A stretch of DNA of 38,979 nucleotides from Escherichia phage LM33_P1. Positions 26,295-35,992 of the stretch are shown here, piece after piece. The position numbers and the translations under genes are program-made. Below the pieces are notes generated by a model. That model was given only the letters and a program-made list of their open reading frames with translations. It had not been told where the DNA came from and did not search any database. Each line of letters begins with the position of its first letter. Position 1 is the stretch's first letter. The stretch is from sequence record NC_031937.1, one strand, 5' to 3'.

Positions 26295-26866
26295 GTATCG
26301 GCATGGGTATCATGGCTGTAGCCGGGGCCACTATGTCCGCATCCCAGCAGGCAAAGGCCGAAGGTGCAGCAATTGACGCTCAGAACCGACAGGCTCAGGA
26401 AATGGTTAAGCAGATGAACTACTCTGACGCCAACCTGAGAATGCAGGAGCGAGACCTGAAGGAGCAGCAGATGGCTGAATTGACAGAGACCACGCTCAAC
26501 GGTATACGCAATCAGGGCATGGTCAGAGCTGCAGTGGCTGAGTCAGGTCTGGAAGGTAACTCTATGGACAGGATTGAACGTCAGGTCAAAGGAGATACAG
26601 TCAAGGAGCGAGCAGGGATTACCGAAAGTTACAACCGAGACTATGCGGCTATCTTCGGGAACCGTATCGCCAACATTGAGAACACAAAGTCTGCTATCCG
26701 TGGTCAAGGTAAAATCATCAAGACCAGCCCACTGGCCCATGCACTTAATGTTGCTAGCGCCGGGATGCAAGGTTACGCCGCTGGTAAGTCAATCTCTGGA
26801 GCGTCCAGCTCTGGCGGTGCTGCACCTATTAGTGCTGCTAAAGGCACACCTACAGGTCATAGCTAA
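26279..26866 (+). CDS. 14: Internal virion protein B
   Basis: Similarity to T7 gp14 (MC........G, GSSMDRI.R, TE.Y.RDY.AIF, AK.PI.AAKGT.TG). Confidence 0.85.
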   Translation: MCEPVSIGMGIMAVAGATMSASQQAKAEGAAIDAQNRQAQEMVKQMNYSDANLRMQERDLKEQQMAELTETTLNGIRNQGMVRAAVAESGLEGNSMDRIERQVKGDTVKERAGITESYNRDYAAIFGNRIANIENTKSAIRGQGKIIKTSPLAHALNVASAGMQGYAAGKSISGASSSGGAAPISAAKGTPTGHS

Positions 26867-26877
26867 GAGGAGGAATA

Positions 26878-29160
26878 ATGGCTAGTAATATTGAATCAGC
26901 TCTGGCTAATCGGACTATGGGTCGTGGCAGGGCTCCGGGTAAAACTATCGCCGTCAACTATCAAGCAGCCAGCGTTCAGGCTCCTACTGGTGACTCCGGT
27001 CTGGCTCGTGCGTTAACCAACTTCGTTGAGTCTGGGACAGGATTGTACAAGCAGTTCAAGGACGAGGAGAAGACACGGGCCGACGAGCGGTCTAACGAGA
27101 TTATCCGTAAACTGACACCTCAGCAAAGACGTGAGGCTATCCAGAACGGTACATTGCTGTATCAGGATGACCCTTACGCTATGGAAGCACTTCGAGTCAA
27201 GACGGGCCGTAACGCTGCCTTTGCGGTTGATGACGAGATTAACGTTAAGATTCAGAACGGTGAGTTCCGTACACGTCAGGACATGGAAGAGTATCGCCAC
27301 CAGAGACTTCAGGACGCCGCTAAGTCCTATGCTGAAGAGGCTGGTATTAACCCTACCGACGAGTTCTTCCAGCGCGGGTTCAACGATAACATCACAGACC
27401 GAAACATCGCTATCTATGGGTCTTTCAATAAGTATTTCAGCAAGCAGTCTGAAGAGACAGCAATGTTGAACACTCGTATTGAGATGAACTCGTTCCTTAA
27501 CGATGGGGACCTGATGCGTTCGCCTGAGTCTGGAAAGACCTTCATGGCCTACCTTCGGGATGGACTGACGACTGCTGCTATCCCTTCGGACCAGCGAGCA
27601 CGAGAGGTAATCACCCAGACTGTCCGTGACGCAATCCAGAAGTCAGGAGGCTCAAACTTCCTACAGCAAGTCCGTGGCGAGCGTATCACCCTTAACGGTG
27701 TGGACGCTACAGTCGAAGAGATTGTAGGCCCTGACGTCTTCAATGCTGCTGTGGTTGAGGCTCAAGGTACCGAGTACAAGTTGGTGGCTAAGTATCAGGA
27801 AGACTTATCGTTAGGCGTTCAGTCTGCGATTCTTCAGGACGACCCAACCATCGGTCTGGACCAGATTCAGAAACTCAAGGAGCAGAACAACCTGCTTCAG
27901 CCGGGTGAAGAACTCACGCCTCAGCGTCAGATGCTTATTAATGCCGAAGCCAGCTTACTGGAAGCGGTCAAGCGTAAGTCCGCTGAACAGGCGAAGGAGA
28001 ACACTAAGTTAATCCAGACCCAGAACAAGCAACTAGTCATAGACCAAGTGTATCAGCGACGTCTGGCTGGGGACAACGTGTCCACCAACTATGAGGACCT
28101 TCCGGTCTCAGATGCTACAGGAGAGTTCAAACGTTCAGACATGAACAACTATGCGTCTGCCAAGCTACAGCAGATTGACCAGATGGACATCCCTGAGGCT
28201 GCTAAGGACGCCCAGAAGGTGGCATTGTTAAGGGCTGACACTAACAACGGTCCGTTCCGTAATGCCTTCCAGACGCTTACTCAGGACGCTGCTGGTGAGT
28301 GGCAAGCTGCGGTCATCCGTGGACAGTACGACCCAGACAAGATGAAACGCTTCGAGTCTCTTCGTCGTGCCTACACTCAGGACCCTTCAAGTTTCGCTGC
28401 TCTGTATCCTGACCAAGCTCAGTTGTTCTCTACGTTCGACCAGATGGACAAGATGGGTCTGGACCCTCAGACGATGATTGAAGCTGATAAGCAAGCTGCA
28501 AGTCAAAGCCGTGAGATGCGCATGGAGTCAGACAAGGCGTGGCAGGAGTTGAAGAACGACTCTCGGAATAAGGACCTTTCGCGTCTTCCTACGTCTCTGG
28601 ACGCAAGTGCTCGTAAGGTCTGGGACTCATGGTACTATCGTACAGGTAACGCTGACGCTGCAACTCAGCAGACTCAACGCTGGCTGAATGAGAACACCGT
28701 AACGTTCCAGTCTGATGGTTCTGATGGTAAGTCCATCGGCATGGTGTCCAAGCACCAGCTTATGGTCGGGGATAACCCAGAGTCGTGGCAGGTGGGTCGA
28801 GACATTATCGACACCGCTCGTAAGCAGCTCATTAAGGACAACCCTTGGGTAGTGAACTCTCAGTTGTCCGTTGTTGAACAGAACGGCTCTATCTTCCTCC
28901 AAGACGCTACGGGGACTATTCGTATTCGATACGATAAAGAACTTGTAGGTAAACTCTACCGCGAACAACAGCAGAAGGTACAAGATGCCGCATATGCTCA
29001 GGCAGAACGTGACGCTAACAAGCGAGCGCGTATCGTCGGGACTAAAGCTGCTGGTGACAAACGTCGAGCTGACCGAGAGGCCAACATCGAGAAGAGCGGT
29101 GGGATGTACAATGACGTCTCACTGGAGGGTATCGCAAACGTACTAATTGGTAAGGAGTAA
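26878..29160 (+). CDS. 15: Internal virion protein C
   Basis: Size (760 aa) and synteny with T7 gp15. Confidence 0.85.
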   Translation: MASNIESALANRTMGRGRAPGKTIAVNYQAASVQAPTGDSGLARALTNFVESGTGLYKQFKDEEKTRADERSNEIIRKLTPQQRREAIQNGTLLYQDDPYAMEALRVKTGRNAAFAVDDEINVKIQNGEFRTRQDMEEYRHQRLQDAAKSYAEEAGINPTDEFFQRGFNDNITDRNIAIYGSFNKYFSKQSEETAMLNTRIEMNSFLNDGDLMRSPESGKTFMAYLRDGLTTAAIPSDQRAREVITQTVRDAIQKSGGSNFLQQVRGERITLNGVDATVEEIVGPDVFNAAVVEAQGTEYKLVAKYQEDLSLGVQSAILQDDPTIGLDQIQKLKEQNNLLQPGEELTPQRQMLINAEASLLEAVKRKSAEQAKENTKLIQTQNKQLVIDQVYQRRLAGDNVSTNYEDLPVSDATGEFKRSDMNNYASAKLQQIDQMDIPEAAKDAQKVALLRADTNNGPFRNAFQTLTQDAAGEWQAAVIRGQYDPDKMKRFESLRRAYTQDPSSFAALYPDQAQLFSTFDQMDKMGLDPQTMIEADKQAASQSREMRMESDKAWQELKNDSRNKDLSRLPTSLDASARKVWDSWYYRTGNADAATQQTQRWLNENTVTFQSDGSDGKSIGMVSKHQLMVGDNPESWQVGRDIIDTARKQLIKDNPWVVNSQLSVVEQNGSIFLQDATGTIRIRYDKELVGKLYREQQQKVQDAAYAQAERDANKRARIVGTKAAGDKRRADREANIEKSGGMYNDVSLEGIANVLIGKE

Positions 29161-29164
29161 CATA

Positions 29165-32100
29165 ATGGCGACTCGTGGTATTCGCAATAACAATCCGGGT
29201 AACATCCGGGTAAGTAAGGACCAATGGGAAGGGATGACTGGAGATGATGGCGCATTCGTCACCTTCGATAGTCCAGAGTCTGGCGTCCGAGCTTTAGGTA
29301 AAAACCTGCTGTCCTACGGTCGCCAAGGTTATGACTCCATCGAGAAGATTATCAACCGATGGGCACCTCCTAACGAGAACGACACTAAGGCTTATATTGA
29401 CTCAGTGGTGGCTGCAACTGGTATTCCAGCTACCCAGAGTCTAGACCTATCTGACCCTGACACCCTGTCTTCTCTGGCACAAGCTATCAGCTTCCATGAG
29501 ACAGGATCACGGTACGACCCTGAAGTCTATCAGAAGGGAGTCGCACGGGCACTCAATGGCATTAGCCCAAAGACTCCACCAGTAAGCGCTAACGTATTTG
29601 ACGCACTCACGGAAGGACTCAAGGCTAAACCTAAAGTAGATCTGGGCGAGAACCTTCCGACCGCTGCTGGTCTAAACATTGAGGGTCAAGCACCTGAAGC
29701 TCCCAACGAATCGTTCGGTGAGATGTTCTATAAGTCTACTGGCGAGACCATGCAGGAACGAGAGGATCGCTCTACGTGGTTCGGTTTCGGCTCGGCTACA
29801 GAAGCTGAAGTGAAGAACTCTATGGTCGGCGTGGCTATCCGCGCTGGTCAGACCGAGGACTCACTTGATGTCATTGGCGATGTGTTTAACCCGACCCGCT
29901 GGAACAACCATAAGTGGTCTCGTGAGGAGCTGGACCAGATTCGTAACGCTGGAGTTCTTCCTCAGTATTACGGGGTCATTACTGGTGGCTCCCCTCAGAA
30001 CCTGACCGAGCTTATTAACTTGGCGCTTGAGAATCAGAAGTTGGACCAAGAGAAGGCCAAGGCTGGGATTGGTGCTCAGTTAGCTGCTGGTGTGATTGGG
30101 GCTGGCGTGGACCCTCTGACCTACGTTCCTATTGCTGGGCAGGTAGGCAAAGGTGGGAAGCTAGTCAACAAGATGTTCACTGTGGCAGCTCAGTCTGGTG
30201 CTCTGGCTGGTGTGTCTGAGATGGCCCGTACCTCAGTGGCTGGTGGTGATGCTCATGTGGCTGAAGCTATCCTTGGCGGTGCTCTCTTCGGTGGTGGCAT
30301 GACTGCTATCGCTGATGGGTTAGGCAGAGCCTTAGGCCGCAACACTAATGAGTTTGCTGGCCCAGCTACACGTCTGGAAGCTCGTGAGACCGCTCGTAAC
30401 GTTGATGGTCAGGACCTGTCTCGTCTTCCTATTCAGGAAGGTGAGCAGACCTTTAGTCATCAAGGTGTTAAGTTCGCAGACGTTCCGAACGAGCCGGGTA
30501 GTGTACGACTGGAAGATGGTTCAATCCTGATTGGTGAGAATCCTCTGAACCCTCAGACACGTAAAGTCTTTGACGAAGTGATTGAGCCTGAACGTGCCGC
30601 TGCTGGTGTGAACCTTGGTGGGCTGACTGAGATTGGCCTGAAGCTGCTTCGGTCCGAGAACCCTGAGATTCGTGGAGTAGCTGCTGACTTAGTACGTTCA
30701 CCGACTGGTATGCAGTCTGGGGCCTCAGGTAAAATAGGGACAACTGCGTCAGACGTATTCGAGAGACTTCGTGCTGTGGACCATCGGTTCTACAATGACA
30801 TCGACGATGCGGTTACTGAGGCACTAAAGGACCCGTACTTCCAGACAGCATTCTGGCGAGACTCTGGCGCATTCCGTCAAGACATCTATCAGCGCGTGTC
30901 TATGGCTATCGAAGATGGTAGCGGAAACCTGAAGGCTGAATTGACTCCGGGAGAACTGAAAGTCTATGACCTGCTGAAGAACCAGTTTGACGCCAAGCGT
31001 GAGATGATGGAGAACCCCGCTATGTTTGGTCGCCCAGACGCTCAGTCTATCTTTCCGGGTAGCCGCTTCAAGGGAACATACGTCCCGCATGTGTATAGCA
31101 ACCAGATGAAGGAGCTGTACATCAAGGAGCTTGGGAGTCCAGAGGCACTACAGGAGGCCATCAAGAAGTCATGGTTGACCAGCTATGCGTCTCGACCTGA
31201 AGTCAAGAAACGTGTGGACGAGGCACTCTTAGAGGCTGACCCTACGTTGACTCCAGAAGGACTTGCGGCTGCGGTCGATAAGTACGCCAACGATAAGGCT
31301 TATGGTATCTCTCACACCGAGCAGTTCGAGCGTTCATCCGTAATGGAAGAGAACATCAATGGTCTGGTGGGTCTGGAGAACAACAGCTTCCTTGAGGCTC
31401 GTAACCTGTTCGATAGCGATATGTCAATCGTCCTACCTAACGGTCAGACCTTCAGTGTCAACAACCTGCGTGAGTGGGACATGGACAAGATTGTCCCGGC
31501 CTACAACCGTCGAGTTAATGGCGATATTGCTATCATGGCTGGTACAGGCAAGACCACGAAGGACATGAAGGACTTGGTTGAGACCCTGATGAACAAGGCT
31601 GGGGATGACGGTAAGTTGAAAGGTGAAGTATCTACCTTACGTGACACTTTGAAGATTCTAACTGGTCGTGCTCGACGTGATGGTGCTGATGATGCGGCCT
31701 TCGCTACCGTGATGCGCACAATGACAGACCTATCGTTCTTCGCTAAGAATGCCTACATGGGTGTTCAGAACTTAACGGAGATTGGTGGTATGCTGGCTCG
31801 TGGTAACGTTCGTGCAATGCTTCATGGAGTCCCAATTTTCCGTGACCTAGCCTTCCGTAACAAGAAGGTTGGGGCCTCAGAGATTAAGGACCTGCACAAT
31901 GTTATCTTCGGTAAGGAACTGGATGACTCAATCCGTCCGTCTAAACAGGATGTCATTGACCGTCTGCGATCTTACAGTGACCTCGGTCGTGGTACAGCTA
32001 CAGCTCTGGGGACTGCCAAGTATTACACTGGCGAACTTGCAGTACGCTCTCCGTTCACTAAAGTCCTCAACGGTACGACCAACTACCTGTTAGATGCTGG

Positions 32101-33052
32101 ACGTCAGGGCTTCCTGTCTGACATCGTGGAGCATAGCCTGACTGGTAGTAAGCGTAAGTTCGATGACCGCTGGCTGAAGACCGCTGGTATCTCTGACGAG
32201 CAGTGGAAGGGCATTAAGTCCCTAATCCGTGAGTCAGTGACTCGTGGTCCAGACGGGAAGTACACCATCAAGGATAAGAAGGCGTTCAGTCAGGACCCAA
32301 GGGCTATGGACCTCTGGCGTATGGGTGACACCATCGCTGACGAGACGTTACTCCGGCCTCATAAGCTGTCAAACATGGACGCCAAGGCTTATGGTCCTCT
32401 CGCTAAGACTGTCCTTCAGTTTAAGAACTTCGTCATCAAGTCTATCAATGGGAGAACCATGCGAACCTTCTATAACGCCACGAAGAACAACAGAGCGATT
32501 GACGCTGCACTGTCGACCGTGATGTCTATGGGTCTGGCTGGTATCTACTACATGGCTCAGGCGCATGTCAAGGCTTATGCTATGCAGGATGGTCGAGACC
32601 GTGACTACCTTAAGCAAGCTCTGGACCCAACGATGATTGGCTATGCGGCCCTGTCCCGTAGTTCACATCTTGGTGGCCCACTTGGGGTAGCTAACATTCT
32701 GGGTGGAATCGCTGGGTATGAGGACACTAAGATGCTCCGCTCGTCAATCCTTCCGCGCTCACCTACCGAGAAGACGGAGAAGCCAATCGCCTTTGGTGCT
32801 GCTTCCAGTGGTCCGGTAATGAATGTGGTCGGCAACTTCCTTGAGCAGGTCCCGGCTTTCGGCTATGCTGCTAACGTTGGTGCTACGGCTTACAACTTGG
32901 CGGGATACCTCAAGGCTGATACCCGTGTCAACGAGCGAGACTACATGACCGGGATGTATAACACGTTCCGTGAACTTGTACCGAATGACCCGATTACCCA
33001 GAAGTTGCTGCTTGGAACGTTTGAGGAGCAGGGCATCCACATCAAGGACTAA
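29165..33052 (+). CDS. 16: Internal virion protein D (ejection/core protein) with divergent N-terminal domain
   Basis: Collinear similarity to T7 gp16 over most of its length (DLVRSPTGMQSGASGK, ENPA.FG, YGISH.DQF..SS..EENI.GLVG.ENNSFLEARNLFDSD, RPHK.S, ALSRSS.LG.PL); start at ATG after AAGGAG (track ORF begins 29147). Confidence 0.9.
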   Translation: MATRGIRNNNPGNIRVSKDQWEGMTGDDGAFVTFDSPESGVRALGKNLLSYGRQGYDSIEKIINRWAPPNENDTKAYIDSVVAATGIPATQSLDLSDPDTLSSLAQAISFHETGSRYDPEVYQKGVARALNGISPKTPPVSANVFDALTEGLKAKPKVDLGENLPTAAGLNIEGQAPEAPNESFGEMFYKSTGETMQEREDRSTWFGFGSATEAEVKNSMVGVAIRAGQTEDSLDVIGDVFNPTRWNNHKWSREELDQIRNAGVLPQYYGVITGGSPQNLTELINLALENQKLDQEKAKAGIGAQLAAGVIGAGVDPLTYVPIAGQVGKGGKLVNKMFTVAAQSGALAGVSEMARTSVAGGDAHVAEAILGGALFGGGMTAIADGLGRALGRNTNEFAGPATRLEARETARNVDGQDLSRLPIQEGEQTFSHQGVKFADVPNEPGSVRLEDGSILIGENPLNPQTRKVFDEVIEPERAAAGVNLGGLTEIGLKLLRSENPEIRGVAADLVRSPTGMQSGASGKIGTTASDVFERLRAVDHRFYNDIDDAVTEALKDPYFQTAFWRDSGAFRQDIYQRVSMAIEDGSGNLKAELTPGELKVYDLLKNQFDAKREMMENPAMFGRPDAQSIFPGSRFKGTYVPHVYSNQMKELYIKELGSPEALQEAIKKSWLTSYASRPEVKKRVDEALLEADPTLTPEGLAAAVDKYANDKAYGISHTEQFERSSVMEENINGLVGLENNSFLEARNLFDSDMSIVLPNGQTFSVNNLREWDMDKIVPAYNRRVNGDIAIMAGTGKTTKDMKDLVETLMNKAGDDGKLKGEVSTLRDTLKILTGRARRDGADDAAFATVMRTMTDLSFFAKNAYMGVQNLTEIGGMLARGNVRAMLHGVPIFRDLAFRNKKVGASEIKDLHNVIFGKELDDSIRPSKQDVIDRLRSYSDLGRGTATALGTAKYYTGELAVRSPFTKVLNGTTNYLLDAGRQGFLSDIVEHSLTGSKRKFDDRWLKTAGISDEQWKGIKSLIRESVTRGPDGKYTIKDKKAFSQDPRAMDLWRMGDTIADETLLRPHKLSNMDAKAYGPLAKTVLQFKNFVIKSINGRTMRTFYNATKNNRAIDAALSTVMSMGLAGIYYMAQAHVKAYAMQDGRDRDYLKQALDPTMIGYAALSRSSHLGGPLGVANILGGIAGYEDTKMLRSSILPRSPTEKTEKPIAFGAASSGPVMNVVGNFLEQVPAFGYAANVGATAYNLAGYLKADTRVNERDYMTGMYNTFRELVPNDPITQKLLLGTFEEQGIHIKD

Positions 33053-33070
33053 ACTATCACTATAGGAAAC
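33048..33070 (+). promoter_or_regulatory. Phage RNAP promoter (CTAAACTATCACTATAGGAAAC)
   Basis: Consensus match; position equivalent to T7 phi17. Confidence 0.75.
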
Positions 33071-33116
33071 TGGAGGCGCTACCATAGGTCTCCGTTTAAA
33101 TCACAAAGGAGGCATA

Positions 33117-35297
33117 ATGTCCACGATTACACAATTCCCTTCAGGAAACACTCAGTACAGGATAGAGTTCGACTACCTAGCCAGAACGTTTGTTGTTGTT
33201 ACGCTGGTGAATAGCTCTAACCCTACCCTGAACCGTGTACTGGAAGTTGGTCGAGATTACCGATTCCTTAATCCAACGATGATTGAGATGTTGGCTGACC
33301 AATCAGGTTTCGACATCGTTCGTATTCACCGTCAGACTGGAACTGACTTAGTGGTAGACTTCAGGAATGGCTCAGTGTTGACAGCTAGTGACCTGACCAA
33401 TTCAGAGCTTCAGGCTATCCATATTGCAGAAGAAGGTCGAGACCAAACGGTTGACTTAGCGAAGGAATATGCCGATGCTGCTGGTAGCTCTGCTGGCAAC
33501 GCTAAGGATAGCGAGGACGAATCACGCCGAATCGCTGCGAGTATCAAGGCAGCTGGTAAAATTGGCTATATTACCCGTCGCTCCTTCGAGAAAGGCTTCA
33601 ACGTTACAACATGGAACGAGGTCCTGCTATGGGAAGAGGATGGTGATTATTACCGCTGGGATGGTACGCTTCCAAAGAACGTTCCCGCTGGTTCAACTCC
33701 TGAATCATCTGGTGGTATTGGGCTGAGTGCGTGGGTTAGTGTTGGTGATGCGTCACTTAGAGCAAACCTGGCTGATAGTGATGGCGCTAAATACATAGGC
33801 AGTGGAGAAAGGACATTACTTGAGCACAACAATGATGTTTTGCACTCAAAAGACTTTCCAACACTGCAGGCAGCTATAGATGCATCTTTGCAAAAAAATG
33901 ATCTACTGGTGTCTCCTGGCAATTATACTGAAAAAGTTACTATTGGAAACGCGCAGTTAAAAGGTGTTGGCGGGGCCACGGTACTAAAAACTCCGGCAGA
34001 CTTTACAAACACTGTTCAGGTTAATTTAGCTACACCTCATTGGCAATTCCGCCATAGTGGTGGTTTTGCTATAGATGGTTCCGGGACAACCGGGGCCGTA
34101 GGTATTAGTTTTGACCCGTCAGACCAATATTCCGGACGTCATAATTTTAGTGATGTATACATCCACAACATCAACAAGGCCATTCAGAAGCCTTCCGGGA
34201 ACATCGGCAATACTTGGAGAAATATTGGGATATCTACGTGTGATTGGGGGTATTACGCGATTAGTGGCTCAGAGATGCATTGCGGGGCCGATACCCTCTA
34301 CAATATCCACTTCGATGGCATCTCCACCTATGCAGTCTATCTAGACGGCACTGTCGATAATGGCGGGGGGGGCGCATGGTGGCTTAAAGACTCCATTATT
34401 GAGGCTTCCGGAGGTGGCGGGATATACTTAAAAAGTAAATCGGGCGACTGTCCTACATCTCCATGCGGGGTATCCAATATATGGATGGAAGCGATCGCAA
34501 CATCACCGGCTGTTCAGGTAGACGGCGTGGCGCAAAAACCGCGAGTTCTCAAGTTGGTAGACACAGCGATATTCTTTGCTGAGTATTCTTATCTCAACAA
34601 CATCGAGCTATCCAACTCCAACTTAGTAACTTATGGTTGCCGTTTTGACAACGCTGATGGCAATCAGGATATTGTCGTGGATGCACAAAGTACCATTGTA
34701 GCCCATGACGTGTATTTAAACGGCAGTTCTGGAAAGGACGTTATTGTGGAGTCCGTAGCATCGCAATCTGCAACGATAGCTGCCACAAACTTATCTCTGA
34801 GGGGCAACTTAACAAGAGGGAGAGTATTTAATACGCCGACAGGGAATAAATTAATGGCTATCACATTTGACTCAGGTAGCCATAATTTTTCTGGCAGCGG
34901 CACCGTTAACGGTTCGACTGTATCTGACGGACTTCACGCCGCTACATGTACCGAATTTTCATTCCCCGGAGCCGGTTTATATGAAATGGTAGCGACAAGA
35001 ACAACCATTACATCCGGTAGATGGTACGTGTGGGGAGTTAACTCACGCCTACAATCTGGCTCGGCGGATATTAGTATAACGTCAGGTATTACCATGGGTA
35101 GTGTTTACACAAAGCCGGGGGAGTGGATTAGCACTTTCGGTGTAGGAAAGGCATCTACCACTGGCACTGTAGCGCTATACGTTTCCACAGGAGGAGGTTC
35201 GGGAGCTACGGTCAGATTCAGTGACTTTTTCATCGCTGAGTTTACGACGCAAGCTCAGGCTTTAGCTTTCGCCAATTCAAGGATGTCGTTATCATAA
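33117..35297 (+). CDS. 17: Tail fibre/tailspike: T7 gp17-like N-terminal domain fused to beta-helix-type C-terminal receptor-binding/depolymerase-like module
   Basis: N-terminal roughly 150-220 aa resemble T7 gp17 (F.YLAR.FVVVTL......L....DYRF, H.AEE.RD); C-terminal portion is Gly/Ser/Thr-rich with repetitive beta-strand pattern and distinct AT-richer codon usage. Confidence 0.88.
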   Translation: MSTITQFPSGNTQYRIEFDYLARTFVVVTLVNSSNPTLNRVLEVGRDYRFLNPTMIEMLADQSGFDIVRIHRQTGTDLVVDFRNGSVLTASDLTNSELQAIHIAEEGRDQTVDLAKEYADAAGSSAGNAKDSEDESRRIAASIKAAGKIGYITRRSFEKGFNVTTWNEVLLWEEDGDYYRWDGTLPKNVPAGSTPESSGGIGLSAWVSVGDASLRANLADSDGAKYIGSGERTLLEHNNDVLHSKDFPTLQAAIDASLQKNDLLVSPGNYTEKVTIGNAQLKGVGGATVLKTPADFTNTVQVNLATPHWQFRHSGGFAIDGSGTTGAVGISFDPSDQYSGRHNFSDVYIHNINKAIQKPSGNIGNTWRNIGISTCDWGYYAISGSEMHCGADTLYNIHFDGISTYAVYLDGTVDNGGGGAWWLKDSIIEASGGGGIYLKSKSGDCPTSPCGVSNIWMEAIATSPAVQVDGVAQKPRVLKLVDTAIFFAEYSYLNNIELSNSNLVTYGCRFDNADGNQDIVVDAQSTIVAHDVYLNGSSGKDVIVESVASQSATIAATNLSLRGNLTRGRVFNTPTGNKLMAITFDSGSHNFSGSGTVNGSTVSDGLHAATCTEFSFPGAGLYEMVATRTTITSGRWYVWGVNSRLQSGSADISITSGITMGSVYTKPGEWISTFGVGKASTTGTVALYVSTGGGSGATVRFSDFFIAEFTTQAQALAFANSRMSLS

Positions 35298-35441
35298 AAA
35301 CAACCTCAGCCGAATCGGGTTATTTATCATCAGAACGGTATTGAATCATCGAAGGTTGTGGAGGTAGAGGCTAACTACACGTTGACCAACGTATGATAAC
35401 AACTTTGGGTCACGGACGACCCGCTTTAAACTGGAGGTTTT

Positions 35442-35636
35442 ATGATTGAGTTAGACTTCAAGAATGAGGTCCTCAAAGCCTCGCCTATCGTCGGGACCGC
35501 TGCGGCTGATGGTGCCAGTCGGTTCTTCTTTGGGCTAACGCTCAACGAATGGTTCTACGTCGCTGCTATCGCGTACACCGTGGTGCAGATTGGCGTCCTA
35601 ATTTACAAGACGATTAAGAGCGGAGGTAAGACATGA
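35442..35636 (+). CDS. 17.5: Holin (class II, T7 gp17.5-like)
   Basis: Similarity to T7 holin (..LDF.NE..KA.PIVGT..AD...R.FFGL.LNEWFYVAAIAYTVVQIG). Confidence 0.8.
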   Translation: MIELDFKNEVLKASPIVGTAAADGASRFFFGLTLNEWFYVAAIAYTVVQIGVLIYKTIKSGGKT

Positions 35637-35896
35637 CGCAGATGGACTTAGAGAAGTTCCTGTTAATGCTGGACACAGAACGTGCTAGACTAATGCTGCA
35701 AGACCTGCGGGATGACACTAAGCGTTCACCTCAGCTCTACAACGCCATTGAGAAACTGCTTGCTCGACACAACTTTGTGTTAAGCAAGGTGTCTGTGGAC
35801 GAGAAGACGCTGGCGGATATGGAGGCCTTGAACGAAGAGTACGATAAGGTGCTTTCAGCTACTGAGGATAATGACACCGGGTATGGTGTTCAATAA
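35633..35896 (+). CDS. 18: Terminase small subunit
   Basis: Similarity to T7 gp18 (..FL.MLDT..A..ML.DL.D...RSPQLYNAI.KLL.RH.F). Confidence 0.8.
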   Translation: MTQMDLEKFLLMLDTERARLMLQDLRDDTKRSPQLYNAIEKLLARHNFVLSKVSVDEKTLADMEALNEEYDKVLSATEDNDTGYGVQ

Positions 35897-35901
35897 GTGT
35901 T

Positions 35902-35935
35902 AGACTCAAGGTCATCGTCAGGTGGCCTTTATGGT
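35902..35935 (+). promoter_or_regulatory. RNase III-type processing hairpin (AAGGTCA/TGGCCTT) upstream of gene 18.5
   Basis: Third copy of box TAGACTCAAGGTCAT...GGTGGCCTTTATGGTTA; position matches T7 R18.5. Confidence 0.5.
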
Positions 35936-35992
35936 TAACACTGACTAGTGGAGGCGACTCTACGTTAAATCTGATAAACCGGGAGGGCAACT

